A stretch of DNA of 64,000 nucleotides from Eledone cirrhosa. Its lineage: Eukaryota. Of this stretch, positions 49,341 to 63,110 are shown in pieces; the first letter of the stretch is position 1; each line of letters opens with the position of its first letter. The DNA lies in the NCBI GenBank assembly GCA_964016885.1, contig OZ024743.1, forward strand, positions 169,818,001 to 169,882,000, given 5' to 3'. Below the pieces are notes generated by a model. The model did no database searches and had not been told where the DNA came from. It saw only the letters and a list, made by a program, of their open reading frames with translations. The position numbers and the translations under genes were made by a program.

Positions 49341-50990
49341 AGGTACAAATCTCAGGACTGCCACCCTCAATGTTGGCACCCTAAAAGGTAAATCGGGCAA
49401 AATTGTGGAACTGCTAGAGATGAGAGAACTAGACGTCTGCAATGGGCAAGAAGTGAGATATAGTGGTGCCTCAGCAAGACTACTGACAGGCAAACAGCAG
49501 AGATACAAGGTTTACTGGATAGGAAATGATGATGGGGTAGGTGATGTAGGCATCTTGTTAGCTGAGAAATGGATAGATAAAGTAATAGAAGTAGTTCGGC
49601 TAAGTGTCAGAATTATCAAGCTTAGATTGCAGTAGGAAACAGAATGGTGCCAAATACATCTCCATATGCTCCACAGGTAAGACAAAAAAGACAGGTTCTA
49701 TGAAAAACTTTTCTTCTGACACCTATAAAGGTGACCTCATCATCCAGGTAGGCGACTTCAATTGACATGTGGGGTAGTACCAGGATGGATTCAGTGAAGT
49801 TCATGGTGGCTCAAAAAATGAAGGGGGAATAAAACTCCTGAAATTCTGTGACACAAATGAACTAACCATTTGCAACACAAATTTCAGGCAACCAGCCAGC
49901 CACCTAATCTCATATTAATCAGATGATCACAAAAGCCAAATTGATTATTTACTTGTTAGACAACAAGACAAATGGACTGTAATAAATACCAAGGCTTTCC
50001 CTGGGGAGGAATGCACCTCTCAGCATAAGTTAGTTATTAGTGACATCAAAATAAACATGAGACTGAACAAAACATGCAAGAAAATATGGAGATGGAGGGT
50101 CTGGAAGCTAAAGGACTTCTCGATTAAATATAAGTTTAGAAAGGCCCTACAGGATGCATTCGATGAAAGAAGTGATGTGCTATGATGTAGAGGACAACTG
50201 GAAATTCTTACATGATAACATTTTCAAAACTACTGATGAGACTTGTGGCTGAAGTAGAGTACCAGCCAGTCAGAGGGTGACCTGGTGGTGAAACAGCTCA
50301 GTTGATGCAACCATCAAAGCCAAGAGACAGATTTGAAAAGACTGGACAAATGGAGGTAGCAGAGACCGATACTAGGTGGCTAAGAAAGAAGCTCAGAGTG
50401 AGGTAGAAGAAAGAAAATTTGCCAATGTCCTGAGACAAGAGGATCAGAGATGCGAAGTGTTCTGCATTGAAAGTCAGTGTGAATCATGATGTTGTTGGAG
50501 AAACCACTGATGCCCCCCAAAAAGAGGCCTGGAAATATTACTATGAGAGATTGATGAATGTAGAGAATGAATGGGAAGAACAGAAACTACCCCCAACTCA
50601 CCCAACAGAAGGGCCAGCCATTGAAGTTGACAGTTATAGAGTTAAAGAAGCAATCAAAGAGATGAAAAGTGGTAAAGAAGCAGCACAATCAGAGATAACT
50701 GCTGAGATGCTAAAAGGATTGGGAGAAGTAGGAGTCAAACTAGTAACCCACATAGTCAGTCAGGTAAATCTTTTCACTACGTACCATTGGACGACTGTAT
50801 GATGCCTGTGTATGATGTGTGATGCAGTATGGTGTGAAAAATGGACTGTGACTGTGGAGGACATGCGTAGACTGGAGAGAAATGAAGCAACCATGCTTCG
50901 TTGGATGTGCAATGTAAATATGAGAGAGAGGCAGAGCTTGGATGAGTTGAAGGAGAAGCTGGGTTAAAGAGGAATTCCACACCTGCATGG
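49340..50990 (+). pseudogene. Old RTE-type LINE: AP endonuclease and start of RT, with a large internal deletion joined to the C-terminus
   Basis: LRTATLNVGTLKG..QEVR, GVGDVGILLAEKW, YAPQ and GDFN-like motifs. Jumps at about 50775 to RLYDAC..RRLERNEATMLRWMCN. Confidence 0.8.
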
Positions 50991-51064
50991 GCTGGATGGA
51001 AGGACAACATCCTGATTTACACTGACACACTGCCTTGCAATGCGGAACACTGCCCATCTCTGAT

Positions 51065-51480
51065 CTTCTCATCGCAGAACATTGGCAAACCTCCTACTCT
51101 CAGCTTCCCTGCATGCTAAGAACACCTGACGTCTAGCTTCTCTTTTAGTGGATGTGTATCGGTCCCTACTCTCACCATTTTTCCAATCCTTCCATGCTAG
51201 TCTTTTGTCTCTAATGGCCCTATCTACTGTGCTGTTACACCACCAGGTCACCCTCTGTCTGGTCGGAGCTCTGCTCCAGCCACAAGTTTCTTCAGTAGCC
51301 TGCAGTAAGTTGTCACTCAAGAAATTCCAGTTATCATCTATGTCATATGATCCTAACTCATCTTCTTTTCCGTCATACACATCTTGAAGGGCTTTCCTAA
51401 ATCTATATATTAGTGAAAGGTCTTTTAGCTTCCAGACCTTCCTTTTCCACACCTTCCTGTATGTCTCATTTTGTCTCTTT
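51065..51480 (-). mobile_element. Internal RTE-type LINE fragment
   Basis: KVWKLKD..EETCGWS..TWW..REARRQV, the linker between endonuclease and RT. Confidence 0.8.
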
Positions 51481-51486
51481 AATATA

Positions 51487-54400
51487 TCATCATCATCATC
51501 ATCATCATCATCGTTTAACGTCCATCTTCCACACTTTGGACGGGAGTTTGGACGGGAGTTTTCCCATTTGAGGCAAGATTTGTTGTCCTGCTCGTATAGG
51601 ACTGTCTGGCGGGTATTCTACGGCTGGATGTCCTTCCTAACACCAACCACGTTTACATTGTGGACTGGGAGGTTTTTACCGTGTTACCTACACGGCCACA
51701 TTACAGCGTGGACTGTGTGTTTTTTTTGTCGTGACACCTACACGACCTCATTTGTTTCGGACTGGATGTTGTGGTACCAACATAACTTCACATTTAAGAG
51801 GGTGGTGTGGATGGGGTGGGGGTAGTGGGACGGGGGTGTATTTTGTTAGAGGTGCCTACTGATGGTAGGTTTCGCTTTGTACTTAGGCAAGGCGGGTCTT
51901 CTGTATGACTGTGTAACGCCAAAGATCTCGGTCCAGTGACATTGTCTTGGAGAGGTGTAAGTGTGTGAGGTCGGAATTTATCAAGTCTCCCCAGGTTTTT
52001 CTGGGTCTGCCTACTCCGTGGCTACCGTCTATTTTTATCGCCCTGCACTTTTTTATACAGCTGTCGTCTTTCATGCACATCACGTGACCGTACCAACGTA
52101 GTCTTCTCTCGAGTAAACAACATCTGATCCCTCTTATTCCTAATTTCTCCCTTAGTTCGTTTATGATTTGCTGTTCACGTATATTACTATTACACATCCA
52201 GCGAAGCATGCAAGCTTCGTTTCTCTCCAGTCTGCATATATCCTCTGCACACAATGCCCAGGTCTCACTGCCATGTAACATTGCTGTTCGTATGCAGGCA
52301 TCATACAGCCTGCCTTTCATTTTTAGAGAAAACCCTTTAGCGGCCAATAGTGGTATAAGCTCGCTGAACTTTTTCCATCCCGTTCTGACTCTAGCTACTG
52401 TACTTTCAGAGCACCCTCCCCCACTGCTGATTTTGTCACCCAGGTAACGGAAACTGTCCACTATTTCTATAGAACCATCTGTGCAATGGAATGAGCTAGT
52501 AATCTGTGGGCACTTGCTGCTACTTATTGCACCAGAGCACCGGCCACATATAAAATCTATATTCTTAGTTAGCTTACCTGTGATCCCACTACATCTTTTA
52601 TGCACCCATACTTTGCATTTGGGACAAAAAATGGAGTTTCTGCCTACTCCTTTCCTACACACTGAGCATGGCCATTTCCCAGATGAGACCAGTGCCCTAT
52701 TTTCCTTCCTACAAACTAGAACTTTAGTCTTAGACAAGTTAACTTTAAGGCCTTTTGATTCTAGGCCATGCTTCCATGTTTGGAATTTCTTCTCTAGTTC
52801 AGCCATTGATTCAGCTATGAGCGTTAGATCATCTGCATATAGGAGTTCCTATGGGCAGCCAGTCTTGAACTCCTCTGTTATAGCCTGAAGGGCAATACTA
52901 AATAGTAGGGGCTAAGAACGGAGCCCTGATGAACACCAACTTTTACGCTAAACTCTTCACTATATTCGTTGTTAATTCTAACCTTGCTGACTGTTTCTTT
53001 ATACATGGCTTGTATAGCTCTCACAAGCCATTCATCAACACCTAGTTTTCTAAGCGCCCACCAGATAATGGAGCGGAAGACTCTGTCAAAGGCTTTCTCA
53101 AAGTCAACAAAAGCTATGTATAGAGGTTTACTTTTAGCTAGGTACTTCTCCTGTAGTTGTCGTACAATGAAAAGAGCGTCTGTGGTACTTTTACCTGACA
53201 CAAACCCGAACTGCATTTCATCTAGATCAATTCGTTCTCTGATTAGTTTCGCTATTACTTTTTCTGTGACCTTCATGACCTGGTCGATTAATTTAATGCC
53301 TCTATAGTTACCCCTATCAAGAGCATCTCCTTTACCCTTGTAGCAGTTAATGATAATGCTGCTACGCCAGTCCTTCGGAATGGCCCCATTCTGTATGATT
53401 TGGTTTACTATCCGGGTGACCATAGTGTGTCCCACCGTTCCAGATGCTTTTAGCATTTCAGCAACTATTTCCGAAGATCCAGCCACCTTACCCGTCTTCA
53501 TATCTTTGATTGCCTTACTTATACTACCTTCAACTAGCACTGCTGGTTCCTCTATTGGATCGATGTGGGGGAGACTGTCTTTCTCCCATTTATTCTCCTC
53601 ATTTAGTAGCCTATCGTAGTGACACTTCCAAGCTACCTTCTTATCAGCGTCAGTGATGGCAAGTACACCATCATCATTAAGGACACACTTCTCCCCGACA
53701 ATATCACGGTTTTCCTTGACACATTGCCTAGCAATCCTGAACATCTCACGTTTTTGGTCCTCGCGTTGTAGAACATGCTTGAACTTTCTTTCCTCTGCTT
53801 CCCTTCTTGTGAAGTACACTTGTCTCCTAGCTTCCCTCCTGGCCGCTTGATAGTCTTCTCTACTTCCCCTATCCCGCCATACTTTCCAAGCCTGCTTTTT
53901 GGCTTTAATTGACTCCTCCACCTTACTGTTCCACCACCACGTTACTCTCCTCCTGCCTATAGGCCTGCTCCAGCCACAGACTTCATCTGCCGCCTTCAGC
54001 AGGTTAGCTTTCAGGAATTCCCACTGTTCCGCTATATTGTATGACTCTAATTGCTCTTCCTTACTGTCGAAAGCATCAAGTAATATGCTTTTAAATTTAT
54101 TACTGGCTGTGGGGTCCTTCAGCTTCCATATTTTTCTCCTGAGGATAGCCCTCCTCTGTTGTTGAGTACGTCTTGTCCTGTCTATGAAGTCGCTGACTAT
54201 GAGTCTATGTTGGGAGGTGCATTATTCATGGGGGAGGGATTTAGTGTTTACAACAGACACTCTATCACGTCTTCTGATAAGGATATAATCTATCTGACTG
54301 GCGTGTTCCCCTGATCTATAGGTGATCAAGTGATTGTCTCGTTTTTTGAAGTTAGTGTTACAGATAGTTAGGTTATTTCCTTCGTAGAATTCCAGGATTC

Positions 54401-54915
54401 TGAAGCCTTTCTCATTTCTAGTACCAAACCCATAGCCTCCATGGATTCCGTCATAGCCGTCACAATGTTGTCCAATGTGACCATTTAGGTCGCCAGCAAT
54501 AATTATGTAGTCACTGTCGGTTATTTGGGAGGTAGTGAGCAATAATGTCTCATAGAATCTGTCTTTTATAGCGCCAGTCAGTCCGGATTGGGGTGCATAC
54601 GCAGATATTACTGTCACAGTAGTTCTATTTAGGACAAGTCTTATTTTAATTATTCTGTCGTTCACTCTATTTACGTTTATTATCTTATCTACCCATTTTT
54701 CTGCTAACATGATTCCTACCCCACCCAGCCCATTTTCATTTCCCACCCAGAAAAACTTATAGCATCGTTTTTTACCCACAATGAATCTAGCAGACCCACC
54801 CTCTACCTGGTCTCTTGGATACAGCAAACATCAACCTCCTTACGTTCAAGCATTTCTACAACCTCGTTAGAGTAACTTTTAAGGTGCCTACATTCATGGT
54901 ACCAACTCTGAAGTT
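51487..54915 (-). mobile_element. Near full-length RTE-type LINE (APE + RT + PHD-like finger), few frameshifts
   Basis: VGTMNVG, DVCCIQET, SAYAPQ, AGDLNGH, SQIDYIL, the RT motifs and KWPCSVC..CPKC.WVHKRCSG..CGRC. 3' UTR ends in a (GAT)n tail. Confidence 0.93.
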
Positions 54916-55071
54916 CTGGATTGCGTTTGGTGGGTGGGAACGGTGGGGTGCGGGGAGGGGTGAGGGGGCTGGGCTTGGGGTTATGTTGGCCATCCACGGC
55001 CGAAACAAAGAGGAGGAGTCCTTGTCTTTTCGTCCGGCACCATGTATATATATTAGATATTAGTTTAACAA

Positions 55072-55261
55072 TGATAATTGTTTCTACATTTGGCACAAGG
55101 CCAGCAAATACCCAGTACGTTACTGGTACTTTATTTTATCGACCCCGTAAGGATGAAAGGCAAAGTTAACCTCGGCAGGATTTGAACTCAGATCGTAAGG
55201 GGAACGTAACTATGCTGGAAAGCATGTCCGACCCTCTACCGATAATGCCAATTCACCGCCC
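55072..55261 (-). mobile_element. tRNA-derived SINE (Meta-like core) with TSD
   Basis: Full copy flanked by tagtttaacaatgataat on both sides. Confidence 0.9.
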
Positions 55262-55566
55262 TAGTTTAACAATGATAATGATAACAATGTCAAGTTATTA
55301 TACATATTTCTTTCATTGTTTTACGATCGTTTCGGAGAGCTGATCATATTGATATATTGACTGATCTATAGCAGTTAGAGAACTGTATACTACCAGACAT
55401 AATATATGGGTTCAATCATCTGAAGGATTGACTCAGTGAAACATGGAACCAATCTCTGGATCTCACTGAACTACTTGCAAATGGATTACATTGAGTTCTA
55501 ATTATGGTATAGACCCTACCACGAAAGGTAGACCACATTGAATATATATATATACATATATATATA

Positions 55567-55872
55567 TCATCATCATCATTTTACGTCTGCTTTTTCCTGC
55601 TTGCAAGGGTGGGATGGGAACTGATTCTGGCTTGATTTCTACAGCTGGATGCCCTTCCTAACACCAACCTCATTTACAGGTGGTGCTTTTTTTCCGTGGC
55701 GCCTACACGTCCACTTTACAGTGTGGGCTCTGTGCTTTTTTGCCTTGGCACCTCCACGAACACTTTGCAGTGGAATGATAGGGACCCCAGTCCTATCATC
55801 TCATTTCTACAGCTGAGTAAACTGGAGCAATGTGAAATAAAGTGTCTTGCTCAAGGAAACAACACATCACCC

Positions 55873-55873
<1 letters not shown>
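55567..55873 (-). mobile_element. 5'-truncated CORE-like SINE with RTE-derived tail
   Basis: Reverse complement of about 25905-26160. Confidence 0.85.
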
Positions 55874-55940
<67 letters not shown>

Positions 55941-56121
55941 ATCATCGTATCTGCTTTTCATGTTTTAATGAGTTGAACACATCTTTTCTTTGCATAAGTG
56001 TAAGATTTAATTTAATTCACTTTCATTTGACTGACAGATAGATGGGCCAACCCCCACTAAAAGTGTATAAACTAAGCTAAGTGTGATGTTGTTGTCATTG
56101 TTGTTGCTGTTGTTATTATTA

Positions 56122-56305
56122 TAGGGTGGTGGATTGGCAGAATCAGTAGAGCATCGCGTAAAATGCTTTGTGGTATTTGTTCAGGCTTTTTACATTCTGA
56201 TTTCAAATCCCGACGAGATTAGCTTTGCCTTTCATCATTACAGGGTCAATAAAATAAAGTATCAGTCTCACACTGGGATTGATTTAATCAACTTTCCCCT
56301 CCCTA
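56122..56305 (+). mobile_element. tRNA-derived SINE, older subfamily
   Basis: Same head and core, with a longer 3' segment (gatttaatcaactttcccctccctaaaa). Confidence 0.8.
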
Positions 56306-56317
56306 AAAATTGATGGC

Positions 56318-56552
56318 CTAGTGCCTAAATCAGAAACCATTATTATTTTTATACTGAGGGCGGTGGATTGGCAGTATCGGTAGAGGGTCGGACGCTATGC
56401 TTTGACACACAGAGTTACGGCCCTTGCCATTCTGAGTTTGAATCCCGCCAAGGTTAACTCTGCCTTTCATCCTTACGGGGTCGATAAAATAAAGTACCAG
56501 TAATGTACTGGCTAATTGCTGGCCTTGTGCCAAAAAGTAGGAACAATTATTA
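56318..56552 (+). mobile_element. tRNA-derived SINE (Meta-like core)
   Basis: Full copy. Confidence 0.9.
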
Positions 56553-56939
56553 TTTCTATACTGTCAATCTTGTGTTTGAATGACGGAGCACTCTACATTT
56601 AACCACACTTACTTAAACCCAATTTAATCAGCAGAACTTGTCATCAAAATTGACAGTTATGATTCTAAAAGTTTATATAAATACTGTTTTGTATGAAGCA
56701 TCAAGTCAGTCCTGATGGAGCAAGTGCTATCATTTACCCGTTAGCATTTACATTACTCAATATTTACTCTTGTATTTTCATGGTAAAGGCTTTACCTCAC
56801 ATAATTATCTCACATAATCTATGAGATTTTGATATAATTTATTCTGAGAACAATACCTTACAATCGGTATGACGAGCCAGTTATGGCCGGTTTGAACAGA
56901 AAGAGGTGAGAGAATTCTGGCCAGATATGGGTGCTTAAG

Positions 56940-57785
56940 GGTTAAAGGCATTCCAGCCATGATCATCCTGTCTTTTTCCTGTATGCAGGCAGCGCAGGAC
57001 TATATTATCCAATGTGTCCTTTTCTAAGATGGTCAGGTGCAATTTGAGGGAGATTTCTAGCATGCTGAGCAGCCATAATGTTGATGTTAGTGTTGTTATT
57101 GTTGTTTAAACCCACAATGTCAGCCCTGATCAAGTAGATATATGATCAGAGGCATTCTAATGATAACAGCCCCATCTTTTTCTTTAGATACATTTTATCT
57201 AGGAGTACATTCAATGCATCCTTCTGTTTTTATCTCAGTGGCTGATTTGAGGAAATCTAGCATCTGTGTCTATCTAGCAAGGTGATCAACCACATAGAAG
57301 CTTCTTCTTCATTAGTGTTCTTGTTTTTGTAGTTGTTTACTTCTATTGGCATAGTTGTTAAGACAGTGGATAGAATACCTTGCAGTATTTGTTATGGCTT
57401 TCTGCATTCTAAGTTAAAATCTCTTCCTTTCTCTATCACACAAACACACACAGTGTAAGGTCAGATCACAGGACAAGGGCGCGAAAGATCGTGGTAGCAT
57501 GGACAAAAGAGATTAGAATATTAAGAATGATTGATGATGGTGACGTCTCCCTAAATATGAGTTGGTGTTTAGTACTAGTTGTTGTTGTTGTTTAGTCCTT
57601 AGTTCTAATGGAGCAGACATATGATCAAAGGCATTCCAATCACAACCATCCCATTTTTAAAGTATAAGTGTACCCAATCCTAGATTATATAATGTGTCTC
57701 ATTTGTTTAAGATGTTAGGGTATGGTTTGACTGCTATTTCTAGCAGGTTGCATGATCATGGAGAAACTCCCTCATTAACTTCTTA
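56940..57785 (+). repeat. Three diverged copies of an old dispersed repeat of about 190 bp
   Basis: Recurrent tgatcaaaggcattcca..cat..ctt..aatgtgtc..aagatg..tttga..tttctagca at about 56940, 57110 and 57590. Related reverse copies at about 58825-58900, 62230-62420 and 63270-63390. Confidence 0.6.
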
Positions 57786-58089
57786 GTTCTAGATTCTATG
57801 ATATGGGGTGGATGCTGCAAAAATTTCACTATTCTGGAATGTAAAATGCCTCTTAAGTTCAAATAGGCTTTTTAAGGTCCACTTTTAGCCATGATTCTTG
57901 GTTTCATGATATAAAGTTGTTCAGGTATGCATATATGCATGCATGGTCCTGTAACTCCTGAAGGAGTCATAGGGGCACCATTTTGACATACAGCAATTCT
58001 TGGGCATTTTAAAACCTGATGGAGGCCATCCCTCTTCAGGTTGGAATTCAGCAGATTTCTTCCAGAGAAGGACAAAGAGAGTGAGAGAA

Positions 58090-58275
58090 TGGAAGTGAAA
58101 AAGAGATATAGAGGAAGAATCGACCCCAGAACTAAATTGGTACTTTTTTTTATTGACCTCGAAAGGATGAATGGCAGAGTAGACCTCTGCAGGATTTAAA
58201 CTCAGAGAACAGAGAGCAGAAACAAATACCTCAAAGCATTTTATCGAACATTCTAATGACTCTGCCAATTTGCTG
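58090..58275 (-). mobile_element. Diverged tRNA-derived SINE
   Basis: Contains ggtactt..attgacctcgaaaggatgaatggcagagtagacct..ggatttaaactcagaga and ctgccaatt. Confidence 0.65.
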
Positions 58276-59739
58276 CCTTGGTTCAGATATGAGAGTGATA
58301 ATGAGAGATCTCATCCTCATTGCTGAAGGTTGTGGACCATGGATAATTGCACCAATGCTTATCATCAGGAAAAATATGATGTTGGAGGGTCCCAAATCCT
58401 CGTTCAACCATTAATAGACTATGAATATAGTTGGCATTGTCTATACTGTTCAAATATTTGAATCAACTGATCTAATTTCAGTTATCTCCCTTATTTGTTC
58501 TTAGATTTTAAACACTTGTATGAAGTGTTTTTGCCTATTACATTAATGTTGTATTTAGTATGTAGACCATAGAGATATGTATGATAGCATATACAATATG
58601 TTTATATATAATAAACACATGAGAGTCTCTTGCTATGAATTATTATTATTTTTTAAATTAAAAGTTGTGATCATGTCACAGCTTTTAATAAAAATTCATG
58701 ATAGCTGTGACATGATCACAGCTTTTAAAAAACAAAACAAATTCATAGTGAAACGCTCTCTGGCATGTTTATTATACAAAAACATATTGGATATGCTTTC
58801 TTGTGCCTCTTCTAATTAGTATGTAGAATGTCTTTGATCATAGGTCTGCTTGATCAGGCCTGACCTGAGGCTTTACAGCAGTAACATCAATAACAACTAG
58901 CAACAAAGCAATTTATAACAGTTTGTATGTTTGTGTTTCTGGAGTTATTTTGCTCCTTTGACCCTTTAATTCCTATATTATCCACATCTCTCTTCCCCCA
59001 CCTAAAATAAATTACAGGATTCACACCTGACAGTTTGTAGTTGTGGTGGTGGGGAGATTATACAGCTGCAAATAGAAATATGGCACTGAAACTGCCCCAG
59101 GATTTGTAATTAACTCAGAAAACATACTATTTTTAAAATTACATTATATATATATATATTGTTTCTTTGTTGCTTATTTTGTGGTTGTGTGGTGTTTGTT
59201 GTTGTTATTAGAAGGTATTTTGAAAATGTCCTTATATTAAATACTTCCTACCTATGAAATCCCATATTTTAGCTTTATTCTGTAAATCCCCAACAGACAC
59301 AAATACAAGCAAACACATGCAAAAATATCAACACACACACCACAATACATACAACATACACATTCTTATACAATATACACATACACAATCAAACACTATG
59401 CACAAAACACACATATTCACATACAAATAACACACTCATACTTTTAGGGGTGTTTTTTTTAGGGGAAATTATATAAAAATGTCAGGAATGCTGTCTATTT
59501 TTCTCAATCTTTTGCCACCATTATAAACACACATTCGTTGGTGGTGGTGGTGGGGATATAGGTGGAGTGTGTGTGTTTGTGGAGGAAGGTGGTGGTTGGC
59601 TTAAATCAAGCTCCATATACACAGTATCTTTATGACATTATTTTTAATTAGGATAACAGCTCCTCAATAAATCATATGTAGAGTAAAAATAAAGTTATGC
59701 TTCTGAGACATTTTTCGTTGAAATCATTTTCAATTTCTA

Positions 59740-59930
59740 ATTTGTAGTTGTGGTGGCTTTTGAGAAGTTTGGGGGAGTCAGGCCGCTGACTGTGAGGTTC
59801 CTCTCTTCACTGGCGGCTCGTCTAATAGAGGTAACTGGCAATCTCGCGAGGGCGCTTGGTTGTTCCAACGCATTAGCCTCGCCATCACCCGAGGCAACGC
59901 TGTGAGTGTGCTGGCTTGCCTCAAAAATCA
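59740..59930 (+). mobile_element. Extreme 3' fragment of a CRE-clade element
   Basis: Plus-strand translation gives AFEKFGG..RFLSSLAARLIEVTG and, after a frameshift, WLFQRISLAITRGNAVSVL. Homologous to the C-terminus at about 3610-3770. Confidence 0.7.
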
Positions 59931-60179
59931 TTAGAGAGGTTGCCCGGTACTCCTCGCAACATTGCTGTCTTTTGCTCTGGTGTTGGCTCGGTTGTTCACT
60001 CCTTCATTTACATTTTCTTTAATATTGTAACATTAAAAGAATATATCTTTCTGAAAGAATCGCAAGCAATTTATAATGTTATCTAAGCATTTGTAATGTT
60101 ATTTATGTATATATTTAAAACATATTTGTTATGTTCTACTGTAAATTTATTTATATGCTCTGTATAATAAAAATTCGTG

Positions 60180-60372
60180 ATATTTCTAATTTAGGCACAA
60201 GACTAGCAATTTATAGAGAACGGGAAGTTGATTTAATTGATCCCCAATATTTGACTGGTACTTTATCAACTCTGAAAGGATGAAAGACAAAGTTGACCAC
60301 GTTGAGATTAGAACTTAGAAGACAAAAAGCTGAAATAAATATTATAAAGAATTTTGTCTGCCACTCTACCTA
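60180..60372 (-). mobile_element. Diverged tRNA-derived SINE
   Basis: Contains ttaggcacaag..ctggtactttatcaac..aaggatgaaagacaaagttgacc. Confidence 0.7.
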
Positions 60373-61081
60373 TAATACTGGGTTTTGTGCCGTGGTTAGA
60401 AAGGTGCAATCTAGAACAGAAAATACATGGCTACAACAGCATCCTACTTCTACTTTGCTTATAAATCTGACTCAAAGAATGTTTATTTTAGACTATATCA
60501 TTGAATTATTCATTTTTTTTTCTTATAAAGATAGTAGGGCGTGATTTGAGAGAGATTTTAGCAGCTATTTCAATCAAGCCAAATGACCACATATTGCAAA
60601 GGTATGATTATTCTAAATTCATCCATGTTGTTCACAACAATGAAATTTGACAAGTAAATAAATGCTGAAGTTAAGACACTTGTTATGGTTCAATTTATAA
60701 TAAAGAAATAAGTTATTGAGTCTGTGGATGTTCACATAGGGAAGCAATTCTGAATCTCTTACCGCCTTCACCCATTTTGGTACTCACTAATCCATTGTAA
60801 TTTTTCATTCTAATTAGACACACTTAACAAGAAATATTCTTCAGTTTTTTTTTACAATAAGTGTTATGTTGTGTATACACATGTTTGTAGTAAATGTTGT
60901 GTTGTGGTCTCTACGCTTATAATATTTTCATGGACATTTTACACTTTATCAAATATTTCAGAAGGGAACAACACTATCTTTGAAACCTGGGTTGCCATTC
61001 AGTTTAACATCACAACCTGTCCAGCTCAACAACACTACTGTCAAGGACCTGGGAAAAAAGCATTTCATCTTTGCTTCTGCA

Positions 61082-61084
<3 letters not shown>

Positions 61085-61174
<90 letters not shown>
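61085..61174. repeat. (CT)n microsatellite
   Basis: Visible dinucleotide run. Confidence 0.95.
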
Positions 61175-61177
<3 letters not shown>

Positions 61178-62657
61178 ATTGGATGTTTGTTGACCACAGA
61201 AGAATCTTGAATAGATGAAACAATCAGCACACAGTGAGGATGTTTAAACAGAAATATGTCCTTAATTAATTTTTTAAATTAGAACAAAGCTTCTATAATT
61301 GTTGGATGATGTTAAGCCAACTGAATCAACCCCAGTGTAAGATTTTTACTTACTTCATTGGCCCTTCCTCTCATAAAGGTACAGTTAACCCTTGGTGGGC
61401 TTAAAGGTGAAGATGACTGAACAAGTCAAGCCTTGATGGAATGAAAAATGAGATTGACACAAGCTGAAATTTGAACTCAGTGCATGGTACAAGCCACATT
61501 TAGATAATCTGCCACTAGAGGAACCACATGAACCAGTGTCACCACTCCATGAAGCTCAGATAACTGCTGCAGTATCATAGTCTTTCATCTATCAATATCA
61601 AAGAATGGACTGTAACAATTATTGCAGGTGGTGTGATGTTGCTTCAGCATGGCCACAGCCAGTTTTAGACTGTAATAAAGACAAAAAGGCTACATGGGGA
61701 CATTTAGTCTGACAACAGCAAATTAGAAGTCATTAGAGCATAGGACTTTGTGGTATTAATGCTGGCTCTCTGAGTGGTTGTTCTATGTTAAAATGCCACC
61801 AAAGCCAGGTTTCGCCTTTCAGGGTAATTAATAAATGAAATGCAGTGTGCATTGACAGGAATGTTAGAATATTGATCAAGATGTTTTGCAGTATTTGTTC
61901 CAGTTGTTTGAGTTCTGAGTTCTCGAGTGATAGATTTAACTTGTCCAGTTTAACACCACCACCTGATCCTTCGGTGCATTTAGCAGAGATCATTTTGTTG
62001 CAAGTATTTGCAGCAGATCTCTGAGACTCTGAAAAAAAAGGCCATGGACTTTTCTCTTCAATTCCTGACTAAAGGAGTAAAATAAAAACATTCTTACACA
62101 CCACTAACTTCTTGTTGGTAAGATAATGATAAACATCAGTTTAAGATGTAGTAATGAGTAACTACACCTACTTGAAGATAAATCGATACCATCATATTAT
62201 GAGATGATGAGGAAGCCTCTGCATACTTTCCTGACATTGAAATAGCAGCAAATTTCCCTCAAAACCCACCCTTGTGTTTTAGGAAAAGACACATTGGTTA
62301 CTGTGGTCCTAGGTTCCTTGCACATACTAGGACAAAATAGTCACAGCTAGAATGCCTTTGATCACAAGTCTCCTCAACCTGATATGACCTAGGGTTAAAC
62401 AACCACAACAACAACAACAACACATATAAGCCAAAACAAAAAATAACACAAGGGATAATATAACCCTAGATACACATACTTTACTTTTATTCTTTTACTA
62501 GTTTCATTGATTAAACTGAGCATGTTAGGGTATGCCTTGAGATGTTTTAGTTAAAGTACAAGCTTTTAAGTCTGTTACTTGTTCTATTGATCTCTTTTTG
62601 TTGAACCATTAACTTATGGGACATATATACAGACATGGTAATTCAAATGCGAACACA

Positions 62658-63110
62658 CATCATCATCATTGTTTAACGTCCATTTTCCATGCTAGCATGG
62701 GTTAGATAAGTTGTCTTGTTTGAGGCAAGTTGAATCAGGTGACCATGTCTTGCTCATACAGAACTGTTTCTGGCTTAGTTTCTATGGCTAGATGCCTTTC
62801 CTAACACCAACCACATTTACAGTGTGTGCTGGGAGCTTTTTGTTGTGACACCTATATGACCACTTTACAGTCTGAACTGGGAGCTTTTTGTCGTGACACC
62901 TATATGACCACTTTACAGTCTGAACTGGGAGCTGTTTGTCGTGACACCTATATGACCACTTTACAGTCTGAACTGGGAGCTTTTTGTCGTGACACCTATA
63001 TGACCACTTTACAGTCTGAACTGGGAGCTTTTTGTCATGACACCTACACAACCATTTTACAGTGTGGACTGGGTGCTTTTTGTCATGACACCTACACAAC
63101 CACTTTATAT
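62658..63110 (-). mobile_element. RTE-type LINE/SINE 3' UTR with an expanded 48-bp tandem array
   Basis: (cat)n tail and ccatgctagcatgggttaga, then about 6 copies of gagctttttgtcgtgacacctatatgaccactttacagtctgaactgg at about 62815-63108. Confidence 0.88.

Noticed and set aside
55315-55370. Additional hammerhead (minus-strand ctccGAAACgatcg)
   Set aside because: No CTGANGA core or stem II partner was found at the right spacing.
62815-63108. CRISPR-like array
   Set aside because: The units are contiguous with no unique spacers, there are no cas genes, and the array lies inside a eukaryotic LINE 3' UTR.
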